This document shows positions 51,780 to 60,102 of a DNA stretch of 60,102 nt, piece by piece. The stretch's first letter is position 1, and each line of letters begins with the position of its first letter. Below the pieces are notes generated by a model. That model did not search any database, had not been told where the DNA came from, and worked only from the letters and a program-made list of their open reading frames with translations. Where the stretch lies: positions 1 to 60,102 of the IMG/VR virus record IMGVR_UViG_3300009160_000047; one strand, written 5' to 3'. This DNA comes from a virus (taxonomy: Duplodnaviria; Caudoviricetes). A program made the position numbers and the translations under genes.

Positions 51780-52793
51780 TTATGCGGGTAAATACTTACG
51801 TGGCTGGATTTGTCGGCCTTGCTTTGAATTGCCAGTACGGGCATTGCGTACTTTGTTCATCATGGAATAAAGCTGCTTAGCACCCGCATCAGTCGAGCCA
51901 TTACCCAAATGAGAAACAACATCGGCTGGCTCAACGAATTCTCCATCAGCTAAACGTGCCGGTTGCTTACCACCAATGGTAGCGGGAATGTCGTCAGACA
52001 TGCCATCGCCAGGACCTTTAAGCATGCGGCCACCATCAGAGTAGCTACCCAAACCTGCAATACCGCCGCCGCTTGCGTAGCTGTATGGCTGATATGCGCC
52101 AGGATCAAATCTATATTGGCTAAGCGCTCCGCTGTACGGCTTCTTTTTAGGCATGCCGCCACGCAACTGATCGGACACCATACCAATACCAGCAATTCCA
52201 GCACCGCCAGCAAGAAGTTGTTGCTTAGGAGTCAAGCTATTAAACCACTCCTTGGCACTACCCATCATGCTTGGACTACCTTTTGCTGCTGCTTGAGACA
52301 TAGCACCAGACGGCGCGCTAAGACCCATTTGACTTGTAGCTGGGCCACCAGCCACCTCAAATCCAGGCATTGTTCCAGCTTTAGCTAATCCGGAAATACC
52401 AGTAGACGCAGAAGGTGCCGCTGAAGAAATAGAGTAATCCACTGGACCCATGTACCCAGGAATCGTGCTAGCACTAAGACCAGGCGTTGCAGAACCAGCA
52501 GTAGCCGCTAAACTTTGAGTACCCGCAGAAGTGGCCGCAGGGGCCGCTCCAGGCATGGCGCCACTAGACGCAGAGCCGGCACTACCAAACATGGCGCCGC
52601 CGGCACCACCCATCAGGCCGCCAATTAAAGCGCCCTGTAATGGGTCTTTGCCTTGTAAAATTGACGAACCACCACCCACAGCAGCGCCGGTCATCATGGC
52701 CTCTAACAGAGCCGCCTCGCCAACACCCCCACCAATGTAGAGATTACGTGTGCCATCACGTCTGTAGCCGTTGAATTTATTGGGGATAAGCAT
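51780..52793 (-). CDS. Gly/Ala-rich internal virion protein
   Basis: Hydrophobic Gly-rich N-terminal region; C-terminal GPGDGMSD.IPA...ARL.DGEFV.PADVVS.LGNGS..AGA. Confidence 0.65.
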   Translation of the reverse strand: MLIPNKFNGYRRDGTRNLYIGGGVGEAALLEAMMTGAAVGGGSSILQGKDPLQGALIGGLMGGAGGAMFGSAGSASSGAMPGAAPAATSAGTQSLAATAGSATPGLSASTIPGYMGPVDYSISSAAPSASTGISGLAKAGTMPGFEVAGGPATSQMGLSAPSGAMSQAAAKGSPSMMGSAKEWFNSLTPKQQLLAGGAGIAGIGMVSDQLRGGMPKKKPYSGALSQYRFDPGAYQPYSYASGGGIAGLGSYSDGGRMLKGPGDGMSDDIPATIGGKQPARLADGEFVEPADVVSHLGNGSTDAGAKQLYSMMNKVRNARTGNSKQGRQIQPRKYLPA

Positions 52794-52826
52794 GGGTAAG
52801 GTGCTCCTTGAATTATGTGGATATTA

Positions 52827-53489
52827 TCATGTTGGTAACGCAGACACAAATGAAAGTGTAGCAATGGCTGATGGGACTGCTGGTCGCGTGGGGCTTGCAC
52901 TAGCGGGGTATTGCTCAATAGAAACACCCGTGTCAGTCGTTCTCCACACTATCTCAACATAGTCAGTCGCATTTAAACTTACAAAATAATTAAGCGCTGC
53001 AATAATGTGATAGGGATCACCAACGGATTTTCTTGGGGCCAAACCAAAACGGCTGTTTGAGTTGGCCACGTTTGTGTTATTGACTCGAAACCAAATGTCC
53101 ACATCTTGAGTGGCGTTTGTAGTGTTTGTCAGTTGAATAGAAAACTGCAAGTTGTAAAGTCCGGCATTGGCTACAGTAATTCTGCTATTGCTAGCTACAG
53201 TTACACCATTTGAAAAATCTGTGGTGTTAAATGTGACTGGGTAGGCAACAGTTGTGCTGACAGCCACTTGGTCTGTGGAATCTTGAAATGCTCCGTAAGG
53301 TAAGCGTATTCCAGCGCCACCAGTAGATGTGACCAACTGAGCCAACAAGTTATCCAGCCGATTGAAGTACAAACGCAAAACGTTATTTAGCTGATCAATA
53401 TACTGCTGGCTATATTCCCTTGTTGCCAATGGCAAACTAGGAGCCGCAATCCTGCTAAGCTCTGTTTCGGATGTAATGATGTAGCTCAT
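52827..53489 (-). CDS. Tail-associated protein with C1q/TNF-like C-terminal domain
   Basis: AP.LP.A..EY, LRLYFN.LD; G.YN.QFS.Q and L.A.DYVE. Confidence 0.6.
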   Translation of the reverse strand: MSYIITSETELSRIAAPSLPLATREYSQQYIDQLNNVLRLYFNRLDNLLAQLVTSTGGAGIRLPYGAFQDSTDQVAVSTTVAYPVTFNTTDFSNGVTVASNSRITVANAGLYNLQFSIQLTNTTNATQDVDIWFRVNNTNVANSNSRFGLAPRKSVGDPYHIIAALNYFVSLNATDYVEIVWRTTDTGVSIEQYPASASPTRPAVPSAIATLSFVSALPT

Positions 53490-55591
53490 CGTCTACCGTC
53501 CGGCCTAATATCAATACGAGTTGCACCAAGTTGCCATTGAGTTCCAAGTTGGTTAGAGCCTACTTTTAAAATCATTTGACGGCCACGCACGCGGGTATAG
53601 ACCTGACCCGTAAAACCTTCAGTAATTGTGTATGAAGCACCAGTTAATTTATCCACATTAGCTGCTACAGGCGTACCTGTTCCTGAACCCGAGTTGACCA
53701 TAGGGTACAAAGTCATCGTAAGTTGTGGTGTTGGGCTTGCGTCAGAACCTGAGAAAGTCAAGTCTGGCAACATACGCCAGATAAAACCAAAGTTGTTACC
53801 GTCACCAATATCGAACTCAGACGAAGAAATATAAGCATCAATTGCAACTGGCGTACCTGTTCCGTTGTCATCGTTACCGTATTCTTGATTAACAATATTA
53901 CCTGTTGTAGCTGTTAATGGGTTTGCAGCAATAGGGTAATCCCTTAGACCAGAATCTAGCCAAGCCGTGCGATTCATTGTGCCGTAGTACCAAGTATTTT
54001 CAAGGTAGTTGTACACCACATACTTATCAATCGCTGTGGCATTTGCAGAGCAATAGAAGAACCAGACTTCATTGAAGCCTTCATTGGTACTGGCAAAACA
54101 TTGCTGGTTTTGCCCCAAGTTAATGTCTTGATAAACATATTTACGCAGGTCGCAGTTCAACGTGTTAACTCGGCCATCGTAGGAATAGAACTTATCTGTT
54201 CCCATCCAGTACACCACGCCAGAAGCCTGTGCAATAGAGTTTTGGCTCAAAATAGAAATGTTGTCACCCAAGAGTTGGACACCCCAGACGTATGGGGGTC
54301 CAAGGTATTGCAAGGAATATAGCGTGGAGTCAGTCCAAACTACAATCTCCTGACGGGTCTGGATGGCCGTAATGATTTCTGAGCCGTGTGATAAGCGCAC
54401 ACTACCCGCTTGGTTAGTAGCAGAAGGCGTCCAATCAACAACAGATTCTTGGTCAGACCAACGAATTAACATTGGGTCTTGCGTAGTAGGTGTATCAGAA
54501 TTTTGATCGTTTGTACCAAAAGCAAACACAAAGCGACTCACATCAGACACATACAGGAAGTTCTGCATTAATGGCACATCAGAAGCCCCGTACATAGACG
54601 TAACGGGAATGGCATTAGGTAGGATATAGTGAGTACCTGACTGAGTTCCAGAGGTATTAATAGCCGAGCCGCCAGCAGTTAAAGACAGGTTAAATGATGT
54701 TCCACCAGTGCCTTTAACGTAGTACGTAGTTCCCGTAATCAAGCCTGTAGGAAGTGCGGATGGATAACCCGTGTTTGTTAATTTTACTGGGGTGTTTTCC
54801 ATCAAACTAATGGAAGAAGTTACCACCGCAGGCGTAGCAATAGTTACTGTAAATGTAGCTGGCGACAAGCCAAAAGCAGCGTTCCAATAATAAAGCGGGC
54901 TACCACGGTATCCAAGAATCAAATCTTGGCCAAAGTTATTCTGGTTCCACAGGCGCAAACCTGATGTAGATGTAGCACCATAACCCCAAGTACCAGCACC
55001 CCAAGCACCCGCACCCCAGCCAGTTAGCGGGACTTCTGCGGATAAACCAGTGTTAATTTGATACACGGCACGAACCGTTGTACCTCCGCCCGTTGCGCCA
55101 GATGTGGCAGCAGATGAGGCTGTGATGTTGTATGAATCAGAATCAATTACAGTAAGCTGATATTCATTATTAAGATTTAGCCCACCCACTGTGGCCACGT
55201 TGCTAAATGTTACAAAGTCTCCAGTTACTGCCCCATGAGCTACATCAACGACTAAAACCGTTGTACTTGTATTGGTGGTGGTAAATGGATTGCTTAATAC
55301 TGCAGCATCACGGATTGGCGTAATGTCGTAATAGTTACCGCCGTTTTCCAGATAAAACTTTAGATTTGTACCTACACCAAGCAGGTTAAGGTTGGCTAGC
55401 GTAATCCAGTTCCACAAAGAACGGCAGGTTCCCAAAAAACTAGAGATTGAAATGCGCGCCCAGCCACCAATCTTTTCAGGTGTGCCTTGACGAAAACGTA
55501 CCTTATCGGATTGATACCAGCCACCCTCATTGGTATAACGAGTATTTTCACGGTTGACGCCCGGCTTAAACAGAACTTTTTGTAATGGCAT
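53486..55591 (-). CDS. Tail nozzle / tail tubular protein B-like
   Basis: 701 aa; PG.NRE.T, VRFR.G.PEKIGGW, IRWSDQE, NEVWFFY, R.RGRQ and C-terminal DGRR. Confidence 0.7.
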   Translation of the reverse strand: MPLQKVLFKPGVNRENTRYTNEGGWYQSDKVRFRQGTPEKIGGWARISISSFLGTCRSLWNWITLANLNLLGVGTNLKFYLENGGNYYDITPIRDAAVLSNPFTTTNTSTTVLVVDVAHGAVTGDFVTFSNVATVGGLNLNNEYQLTVIDSDSYNITASSAATSGATGGGTTVRAVYQINTGLSAEVPLTGWGAGAWGAGTWGYGATSTSGLRLWNQNNFGQDLILGYRGSPLYYWNAAFGLSPATFTVTIATPAVVTSSISLMENTPVKLTNTGYPSALPTGLITGTTYYVKGTGGTSFNLSLTAGGSAINTSGTQSGTHYILPNAIPVTSMYGASDVPLMQNFLYVSDVSRFVFAFGTNDQNSDTPTTQDPMLIRWSDQESVVDWTPSATNQAGSVRLSHGSEIITAIQTRQEIVVWTDSTLYSLQYLGPPYVWGVQLLGDNISILSQNSIAQASGVVYWMGTDKFYSYDGRVNTLNCDLRKYVYQDINLGQNQQCFASTNEGFNEVWFFYCSANATAIDKYVVYNYLENTWYYGTMNRTAWLDSGLRDYPIAANPLTATTGNIVNQEYGNDDNGTGTPVAIDAYISSSEFDIGDGNNFGFIWRMLPDLTFSGSDASPTPQLTMTLYPMVNSGSGTGTPVAANVDKLTGASYTITEGFTGQVYTRVRGRQMILKVGSNQLGTQWQLGATRIDIRPDGRR

Positions 55592-55594
55592 CGG

Positions 55595-56038
55595 TTAATC
55601 CAACAAAGCGCACTCAGCCGTGCGGCGTTTTAACAAGCCTGGCAGTACCTTACCGCCACCCTTAGTCCAGAGCATCAGTTGTTCTTTTGCCCCTTCCCAA
55701 TCATTGGCATTGATTTTCCTCTTTAACGTGGAAGTCTGCAAGCGTCCTGTGCCCAAGTTATAACAAAAATCCACAATGGCATTGCACTTACGAACGTCAG
55801 TAATCAGGCCGGGGCAGTTACGCAGAACACCGGGTAAATACGTATGCTCAAGCTCAATCATTAAAAGCGCCCTTGCCGTGGGTTCATCCATTGGGGCATC
55901 TTCTAAAGTTACCTTGCGCTTGTCTGCGTAGTAGGTAGAACCATAGCCGATGGTAGCCACGCCCGCCGGACATAAATACGGCTTGGCGCGGTAGCCCTCA
56001 AACTGACGGCACAGAGCAGCGGCTAACTCTAGGTTCAT
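55595..56038 (-). CDS. Endolysin, GH24 lysozyme
   Basis: FEG....Y.CPAG..TIGYG.T, F.YNLG and L.GL..RR..E motifs. Confidence 0.9.
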   Translation of the reverse strand: MNLELAAALCRQFEGYRAKPYLCPAGVATIGYGSTYYADKRKVTLEDAPMDEPTARALLMIELEHTYLPGVLRNCPGLITDVRKCNAIVDFCYNLGTGRLQTSTLKRKINANDWEGAKEQLMLWTKGGGKVLPGLLKRRTAECALLD

Positions 56039-56529
56039 ATGCCGCGCTGTTTGAGAGTTCTATCGAGGAACCAATAGTTAATAGTCCCAGACAACAGGGC
56101 CGAGAAGTCAGGTGTCATCATGGTTTTAAACACTTCTACGGCTGGCGCTCCGGCAAGCCATGCGTTCCATGCAAACCAAACATGAATGAACGACCAGACA
56201 AACAGCACCCAATACGTTACTACTGGGCGTACAGAAGCTGACAGACTAGCCACCCAGCCGCCTGCGGCTTTGACCATCTCAGCTTGCTGGGTGATGGCGT
56301 TGTTAAAGGCGTCCATCACTCCAACGTCCATTGCAGCTTCCCGTTGAGCGCCAATCTCAGCCAGCTTTTGCTGACCACGAAGCGTCTCAAGTTCACACTG
56401 GCGGGCAAACATAGCAAGCTCATGCTGGCGCTCATTCTTTTTGTCAAAGAACTTTAAGACTTCAGGAGCCATGCGGAACAAGCCGCCAAACACTGAACCC
56501 AGAATACCGCCACTTAATATGTCTAACAT
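56035..56529 (-). CDS. Holin-like membrane protein
   Basis: N-terminal hydrophobic segment, HEL, SVRP..TY plus TM helix, WF..R; adjacent to the lysozyme gene. Confidence 0.55.
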   Translation of the reverse strand: MLDILSGGILGSVFGGLFRMAPEVLKFFDKKNERQHELAMFARQCELETLRGQQKLAEIGAQREAAMDVGVMDAFNNAITQQAEMVKAAGGWVASLSASVRPVVTYWVLFVWSFIHVWFAWNAWLAGAPAVEVFKTMMTPDFSALLSGTINYWFLDRTLKQRGI

Positions 56530-56804
56530 TTGTGATCCTTTTTCTCTTCATTTTGCATCAGTTTGATACCAGACAGGAACCCAATCATGCCGCCGATAAG
56601 AGTAGAAAAAGCGGGTGAAATCATCTTGAATATCTCTGCGTTGTCCACTTCTTTGGCCCAAAGGCCAAGCATAAAGCTGATTACCATAGCCAAAACAGAG
56701 ATGCACAGGGTGGTGCTTACCATCAGCGTGACCCACAAGGTCAGCTTGTCTTTGGTGTCCATTGACACTCTCTTCACTGGTCTGGGTATCGGCTTTCTGG
56801 TCAT
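56523..56804 (-). CDS. Two-TM membrane protein (lysis cassette)
   Basis: Two hydrophobic helices; PAF.T..GG.IG.L.G motif. Confidence 0.6.
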   Translation of the reverse strand: MTRKPIPRPVKRVSMDTKDKLTLWVTLMVSTTLCISVLAMVISFMLGLWAKEVDNAEIFKMISPAFSTLIGGMIGFLSGIKLMQNEEKKDHKC

Positions 56805-57040
56805 ACATAAATATCCAGCTTACGGTTAGTAAAAATCTCAAGGCTAAGTTGGTTGCGTTCCGCCTTCTTTACGTACAACTCAAACTCAAGATCGTCAATT
56901 TTGTCTTTCACTTTTTTCATCTTCAAAGCCTGCGCGTATTCTTCTTCAAGCCGCTGCGCCCTGCGTTCAAGCGCATCTGTCTTAGTTGGGTCGCCTCCCG
57001 GCTGAACCATTGGATACCACTTGTGTATGGGCGGAATCAT
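56801..57040 (-). CDS. Hypothetical protein
   Basis: 79 aa; ATGA overlaps; C-terminal LDIYV. Confidence 0.5.
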   Translation of the reverse strand: MIPPIHKWYPMVQPGGDPTKTDALERRAQRLEEEYAQALKMKKVKDKIDDLEFELYVKKAERNQLSLEIFTNRKLDIYV

Positions 57041-57327
57041 TTCTTTTCACGTTCAAGTGCATCTTTATATCCATGAACAACTTTGTTACGTAGCCATGTG
57101 GAATCTGCTGTACCTGCCCACTCTGCTAAATTGTTCCAGATCACCATGTATTCTGTTGACTTGCAATGGCTGGCATTCTGATCGAGCCACGCCATCATTT
57201 CTCTGTGCCGTATGGTTGGATCGTGAACGGTGTAGGCTATTCCATAAAACTCGCGCACATGACAGCCACTCTTGGCTACGGCTCCAACTAGCCCCAACAG
57301 CAACAGTAGCAGGAGGAGCCAGCGCAT
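57037..57327 (-). CDS. Exported small protein with signal peptide
   Basis: MRWLLLLLLLLGLVGAVA signal; two Cys; HDP..RH and W.G.AD. Confidence 0.6.
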   Translation of the reverse strand: MRWLLLLLLLLGLVGAVAKSGCHVREFYGIAYTVHDPTIRHREMMAWLDQNASHCKSTEYMVIWNNLAEWAGTADSTWLRNKVVHGYKDALEREKK

Positions 57328-57334
57328 ACATTGG

Positions 57335-59035
57335 TTAGCTCCACTTGATGATTACGATGCCAGAGCCGCCATTAGAGCCTTTATTTCCACCGCCAGAACC
57401 TGCAGGGGCTCCGCCTCCGCCCCCACCTCCGCCAGTGTTAGCTTGACCTGCGGTACTTGTACCTTTGAAACCGGGGCTTCCAACACCGGAATCACCATTT
57501 CCACCACCGCCAGAACCGCCAGTAGATGGGCTTCCATCGGAACGAGCGCCACCACCACCGCCACCTGCGTAAGTTGTAGAAGTTCCAGTGATAGATGAGG
57601 CTGTACCAGCGCCTCCGTTACCACCAGATTGACCCGAACCAGCCGTGCCTGCGGCGCTTGCGCCGCCTCCACCACCACCACCTCGGTTGCCCCCTGCGCC
57701 ACCAGCATTACCTTGCCCTGATGGAGAAGCCGTGCCACCAGCATTTCCAGCACCATTTGATCCACCGCCAGAACCGCCACTTGCGGGTGGGTATGTATTT
57801 GCACCGCCAGTACCGCCAGAACCTCCGGCTCCGCCTCCTGTTGAGGTAATAGAACTAAAAACAGAGTTACTACCACTTGTAGCCGCAACAAAGCCAATAT
57901 CGCTTGGGTTAGCCCCAAAACCACCAGCACCAACCGTTACTGTATATGTTGTACCCGCAGTTACTGAAAATCCTGTAGCTGTAAGGAAACCACCCGCACC
58001 ACCACCACCAGAAGTGAAATCCGTTGTAGTTGAAGAGTTTGCACCACCGCCGCCACCACCAGCAACGACTAAGTATTGAACCTGAGTTGCACCAGCAGGG
58101 GCTGTCCATGTGTTAGACGAAAAAAATACGATTGTGTTTGCACTTGTAATAAAGTCAGTTGGCGTTGTTGGAGCCAATGTGCCTGAAGATGTAAACGTAT
58201 GAACGACATTACCAGCGGCATAGGTTACTGTGCCACCAGTGAAATATTGAATTGAGCCGGGGTAGCGAAGAATGACAATTCCTGAACCGCCTGCGCCTGA
58301 GTTTGATGCTGTGGCTGAACCGCTTCCACCACCACCACCAGTGTTTGCAGTTCCAGCAGTACCGGGGTTTGCGGCAGAACCCCCACCGCCTACACCGCCC
58401 GCTCCGCCACCACTACCTACGCCAGCACCTCCTCCACCGCCACCATAGGTAGTTACAGTGCCAGAAATTGCACTTGCAATGCCAGCCCCACCATTGCCGC
58501 CAATATTAGTATATGGATTTACTAATCCAACTGTTCCTGCTCCACCACCACCACTACCTGCACTACTTCCGTTTCCAGTATTGTTACCTCCAGCATTACC
58601 TTGACCAGAAGTGCCTGCGCCGCCTGATGTACCATCATCACCACCACCACCGCCAGAACCGCCGGGGCCACCATCAGTGTTATAAGCGCCGCCATAACCA
58701 CCACCCAAAGCAACAATACGGCCTGTGTATGCACCTGATGTTGTTGAATCAAAAACTGAATTAAACCCAACAGTTCCGTTTACGTTAGACCCGCCAGAAG
58801 CCGCCGCACCGCCACCACCAACAGTAACAAAGTAAGAAGTTCCAGATGTAATACCCGCATAACCAGCAAGTACGCCACCCGCTCCACCACCACCGCCGTG
58901 CCAGCGTGATCCGCCACTTCCACCACCAGCAACAATCAAATACTCAACAACAGACGGAGGAACGCCCGTCCAATTCAGGTTTTTGACCGCCTGACTGACT
59001 TGACTCAGTGTCCACATTCCGCTGTATTGAGGCAT
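57335..59035 (-). CDS. Glycine-rich tail fibre protein (two Gly-rich domains)
   Basis: Two units, each YL.VAGGG ... GQGNAGG ... Y.GGGGG ... ANTGGGGG ... GGSGIVI. Confidence 0.8.
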   Translation of the reverse strand: MPQYSGMWTLSQVSQAVKNLNWTGVPPSVVEYLIVAGGGSGGSRWHGGGGGAGGVLAGYAGITSGTSYFVTVGGGGAAASGGSNVNGTVGFNSVFDSTTSGAYTGRIVALGGGYGGAYNTDGGPGGSGGGGGDDGTSGGAGTSGQGNAGGNNTGNGSSAGSGGGGAGTVGLVNPYTNIGGNGGAGIASAISGTVTTYGGGGGGAGVGSGGGAGGVGGGGSAANPGTAGTANTGGGGGSGSATASNSGAGGSGIVILRYPGSIQYFTGGTVTYAAGNVVHTFTSSGTLAPTTPTDFITSANTIVFFSSNTWTAPAGATQVQYLVVAGGGGGGANSSTTTDFTSGGGGAGGFLTATGFSVTAGTTYTVTVGAGGFGANPSDIGFVAATSGSNSVFSSITSTGGGAGGSGGTGGANTYPPASGGSGGGSNGAGNAGGTASPSGQGNAGGAGGNRGGGGGGGASAAGTAGSGQSGGNGGAGTASSITGTSTTYAGGGGGGARSDGSPSTGGSGGGGNGDSGVGSPGFKGTSTAGQANTGGGGGGGGAPAGSGGGNKGSNGGSGIVIIKWS

Positions 59036-59047
59036 CTCTTGCTCCGA

Positions 59048-59407
59048 TTAAACTGTTGGTGCTACAAACTCAACCCAAGAAGTTGTGGGTTCATCCCATG
59101 TAAACATCTTACCTTCTATAACGGGCATAGCTGTAGGTGCGCCCCACTGACAAGTGTTTTCGTTCAACAACCAAGACGCATAGGGCTTGGGAGGAATAAA
59201 TGCATCACGAACTGAATCGTAGCTATAGCCCAAACCTGCGTAGTTAAAACGGAGAGGTCTGCCCTCTGGATGCTGTCCACCCTGTGTACGATATGAGGTT
59301 TGCACCCACTCGCTAGGATCGCCCCAGTGTCCCAAAGCTAAGGTTTCTGCATCAATCACAATTACTTGATCTACGATGCCGTTAGTTATATGTGCGTAGT
59401 GCGCCAT
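59048..59407 (-). CDS. Tail-fibre-associated small protein
   Basis: MAH(F/Y)A, W.QTSY, R.NYAG.GY.YD..RDAFI.PKP..SW motifs typically found next to Gly-rich fibre genes. Confidence 0.7.
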   Translation of the reverse strand: MAHYAHITNGIVDQVIVIDAETLALGHWGDPSEWVQTSYRTQGGQHPEGRPLRFNYAGLGYSYDSVRDAFIPPKPYASWLLNENTCQWGAPTAMPVIEGKMFTWDEPTTSWVEFVAPTV

Positions 59408-60044
59408 TTTCAGTCCTTTCGGTGATTAAAGAATATTTCCATTCCGCCATTGTTTTGGCGTTTTTACTGGAGTTGCAAAATAAACATAATGGTTGCAGAT
59501 TTCCGATGCTGTGTCTACCACCACGAGCAACAGGAATGATATGGTCAATTGTTACATTCTCCATAGTGCCGCAGTGAGCGCATGGTGATGCGTACAAACG
59601 GATCAATTCTTTTTCAGTTACCTGAAAGATGCCATTGCCACGCAACTTTGCCCTGCGTTTGTGCGACTTCTCTGCCATCTTGGGCAAATGATTAAGCCGA
59701 TGCTTTTCTAGTATTGCTTTGATCGCCTCTGGGTTTGCTAAACGCCATGCTTTTTTGACAGCCAAATGATGCTCAATGTTTTTAGAATACTGCCGTCTAC
59801 CAGCTTCACGGACTTTCTCAGGGTTATTCTTACGCCACTTCTTTAAGTGTTCGTACTGTTCCGCCTGATGTGCTTTTTGGTAAGCCGCCCGTTTCACTTT
59901 GACAGTCGCTTTGTTGTCAATGTAATACTGTTTTCTTTGCGTTAATTGGCACTGTTTACACGAAGACGCATACCTATCCCTGTCCTTGTAGAACAAGTCC
60001 ACTGATTTCTCAGTTTGGCATTTGGTACAGGTCTTAGTGTTCAT
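59382..60044 (-). CDS. HNH homing endonuclease
   Basis: N-terminal CTKC...CKQC; C-terminal CAHC...DHIIP..RGG.H...NL..LC..CNSSK. Confidence 0.85.
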   Translation of the reverse strand: MNTKTCTKCQTEKSVDLFYKDRDRYASSCKQCQLTQRKQYYIDNKATVKVKRAAYQKAHQAEQYEHLKKWRKNNPEKVREAGRRQYSKNIEHHLAVKKAWRLANPEAIKAILEKHRLNHLPKMAEKSHKRRAKLRGNGIFQVTEKELIRLYASPCAHCGTMENVTIDHIIPVARGGRHSIGNLQPLCLFCNSSKNAKTMAEWKYSLITERTENGALRTYN

Positions 60045-60102
60045 TAGAAAATGATTGAACCTGAAGATGTGAATGTGTAAATCTGATAGCCGTCAGAATA
60101 AC
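60044..60102 (-). CDS. C-terminus of a glycine-rich tail-fibre-type protein (enters from the window end)
   Basis: Reads ..YSDGYQIYTFTSSGSIIF*, matching the HTFTSSGT end of the Gly-rich domain; TAATG overlap with the HNH start. Confidence 0.7.
   Translation of the reverse strand, partial: YSDGYQIYTFTSSGSIIF

Noticed and set aside
780-58770. Numerous antisense and alternative-frame ORFs in the track (e.g. 1905-2261, 45012-45662, 50708-51226, 57352-57933)
   Set aside because: They shadow well-supported genes, lack RBS or recognisable motifs, and are explained by low-complexity codon patterns.
57335-59035. Diversity-generating retroelement template/variable repeat pair in the fibre gene
   Set aside because: No reverse transcriptase in the window, and the two domains are similar at protein level without an adenine-specific mismatch pattern.
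1-60102. Alternative genetic code or integrated prophage
   Set aside because: Core genes are intact under the standard code, and no integrase, att-like duplication or host housekeeping genes were seen.

Overview
The window is almost certainly a near-complete (~60 kb) tailed dsDNA phage genome, probably a podovirus (no tape measure or tail tube seen; P22/T7-style ejection proteins present). It opens and closes inside glycine-rich tail-fibre coding sequence. Layout: minus-strand virion and packaging block (1-17986: tail/adaptor genes, small basic proteins, major capsid, scaffold, GroES, portal, TerL, LexA-like wHTH, TerS); plus-strand early block of small genes (18218-25136, ending in a C5 DNA methyltransferase); minus-strand replication/accessory block (25114-36357: Toprim primase, SF2 helicase, ParB-like, GT60-type glycosyltransferase-methyltransferase fusion, PRTase, PAPS-reductase-like, VRR-NUC-like); plus-strand recombination block (36437-39923: PD-(D/E)XK exonuclease, ERF, SSB-like); minus-strand ejection, tail and lysis block (39900-60102). 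I saw no DNA polymerase, integrase, tRNA or CRISPR array. The most unusual signals are: (1) a 38-39 bp two-palindrome element in three dispersed copies (17172, 35131 inverted, 45670 inside a gene); (2) a ~4 kb zone starting in terS with strong CCG enrichment on one DNA strand regardless of gene direction; (3) a ~650 nt ORF-free, densely base-paired region with its own promoter (34450-35080); (4) a kissing-loop RNA with hammerhead-like geometry after the capsid gene; (5) a GT60-type glycosyltransferase in the same genome as mucin-like Thr/Pro-rich virion proteins. All family assignments come from motif recognition by eye, and all counts are manual.
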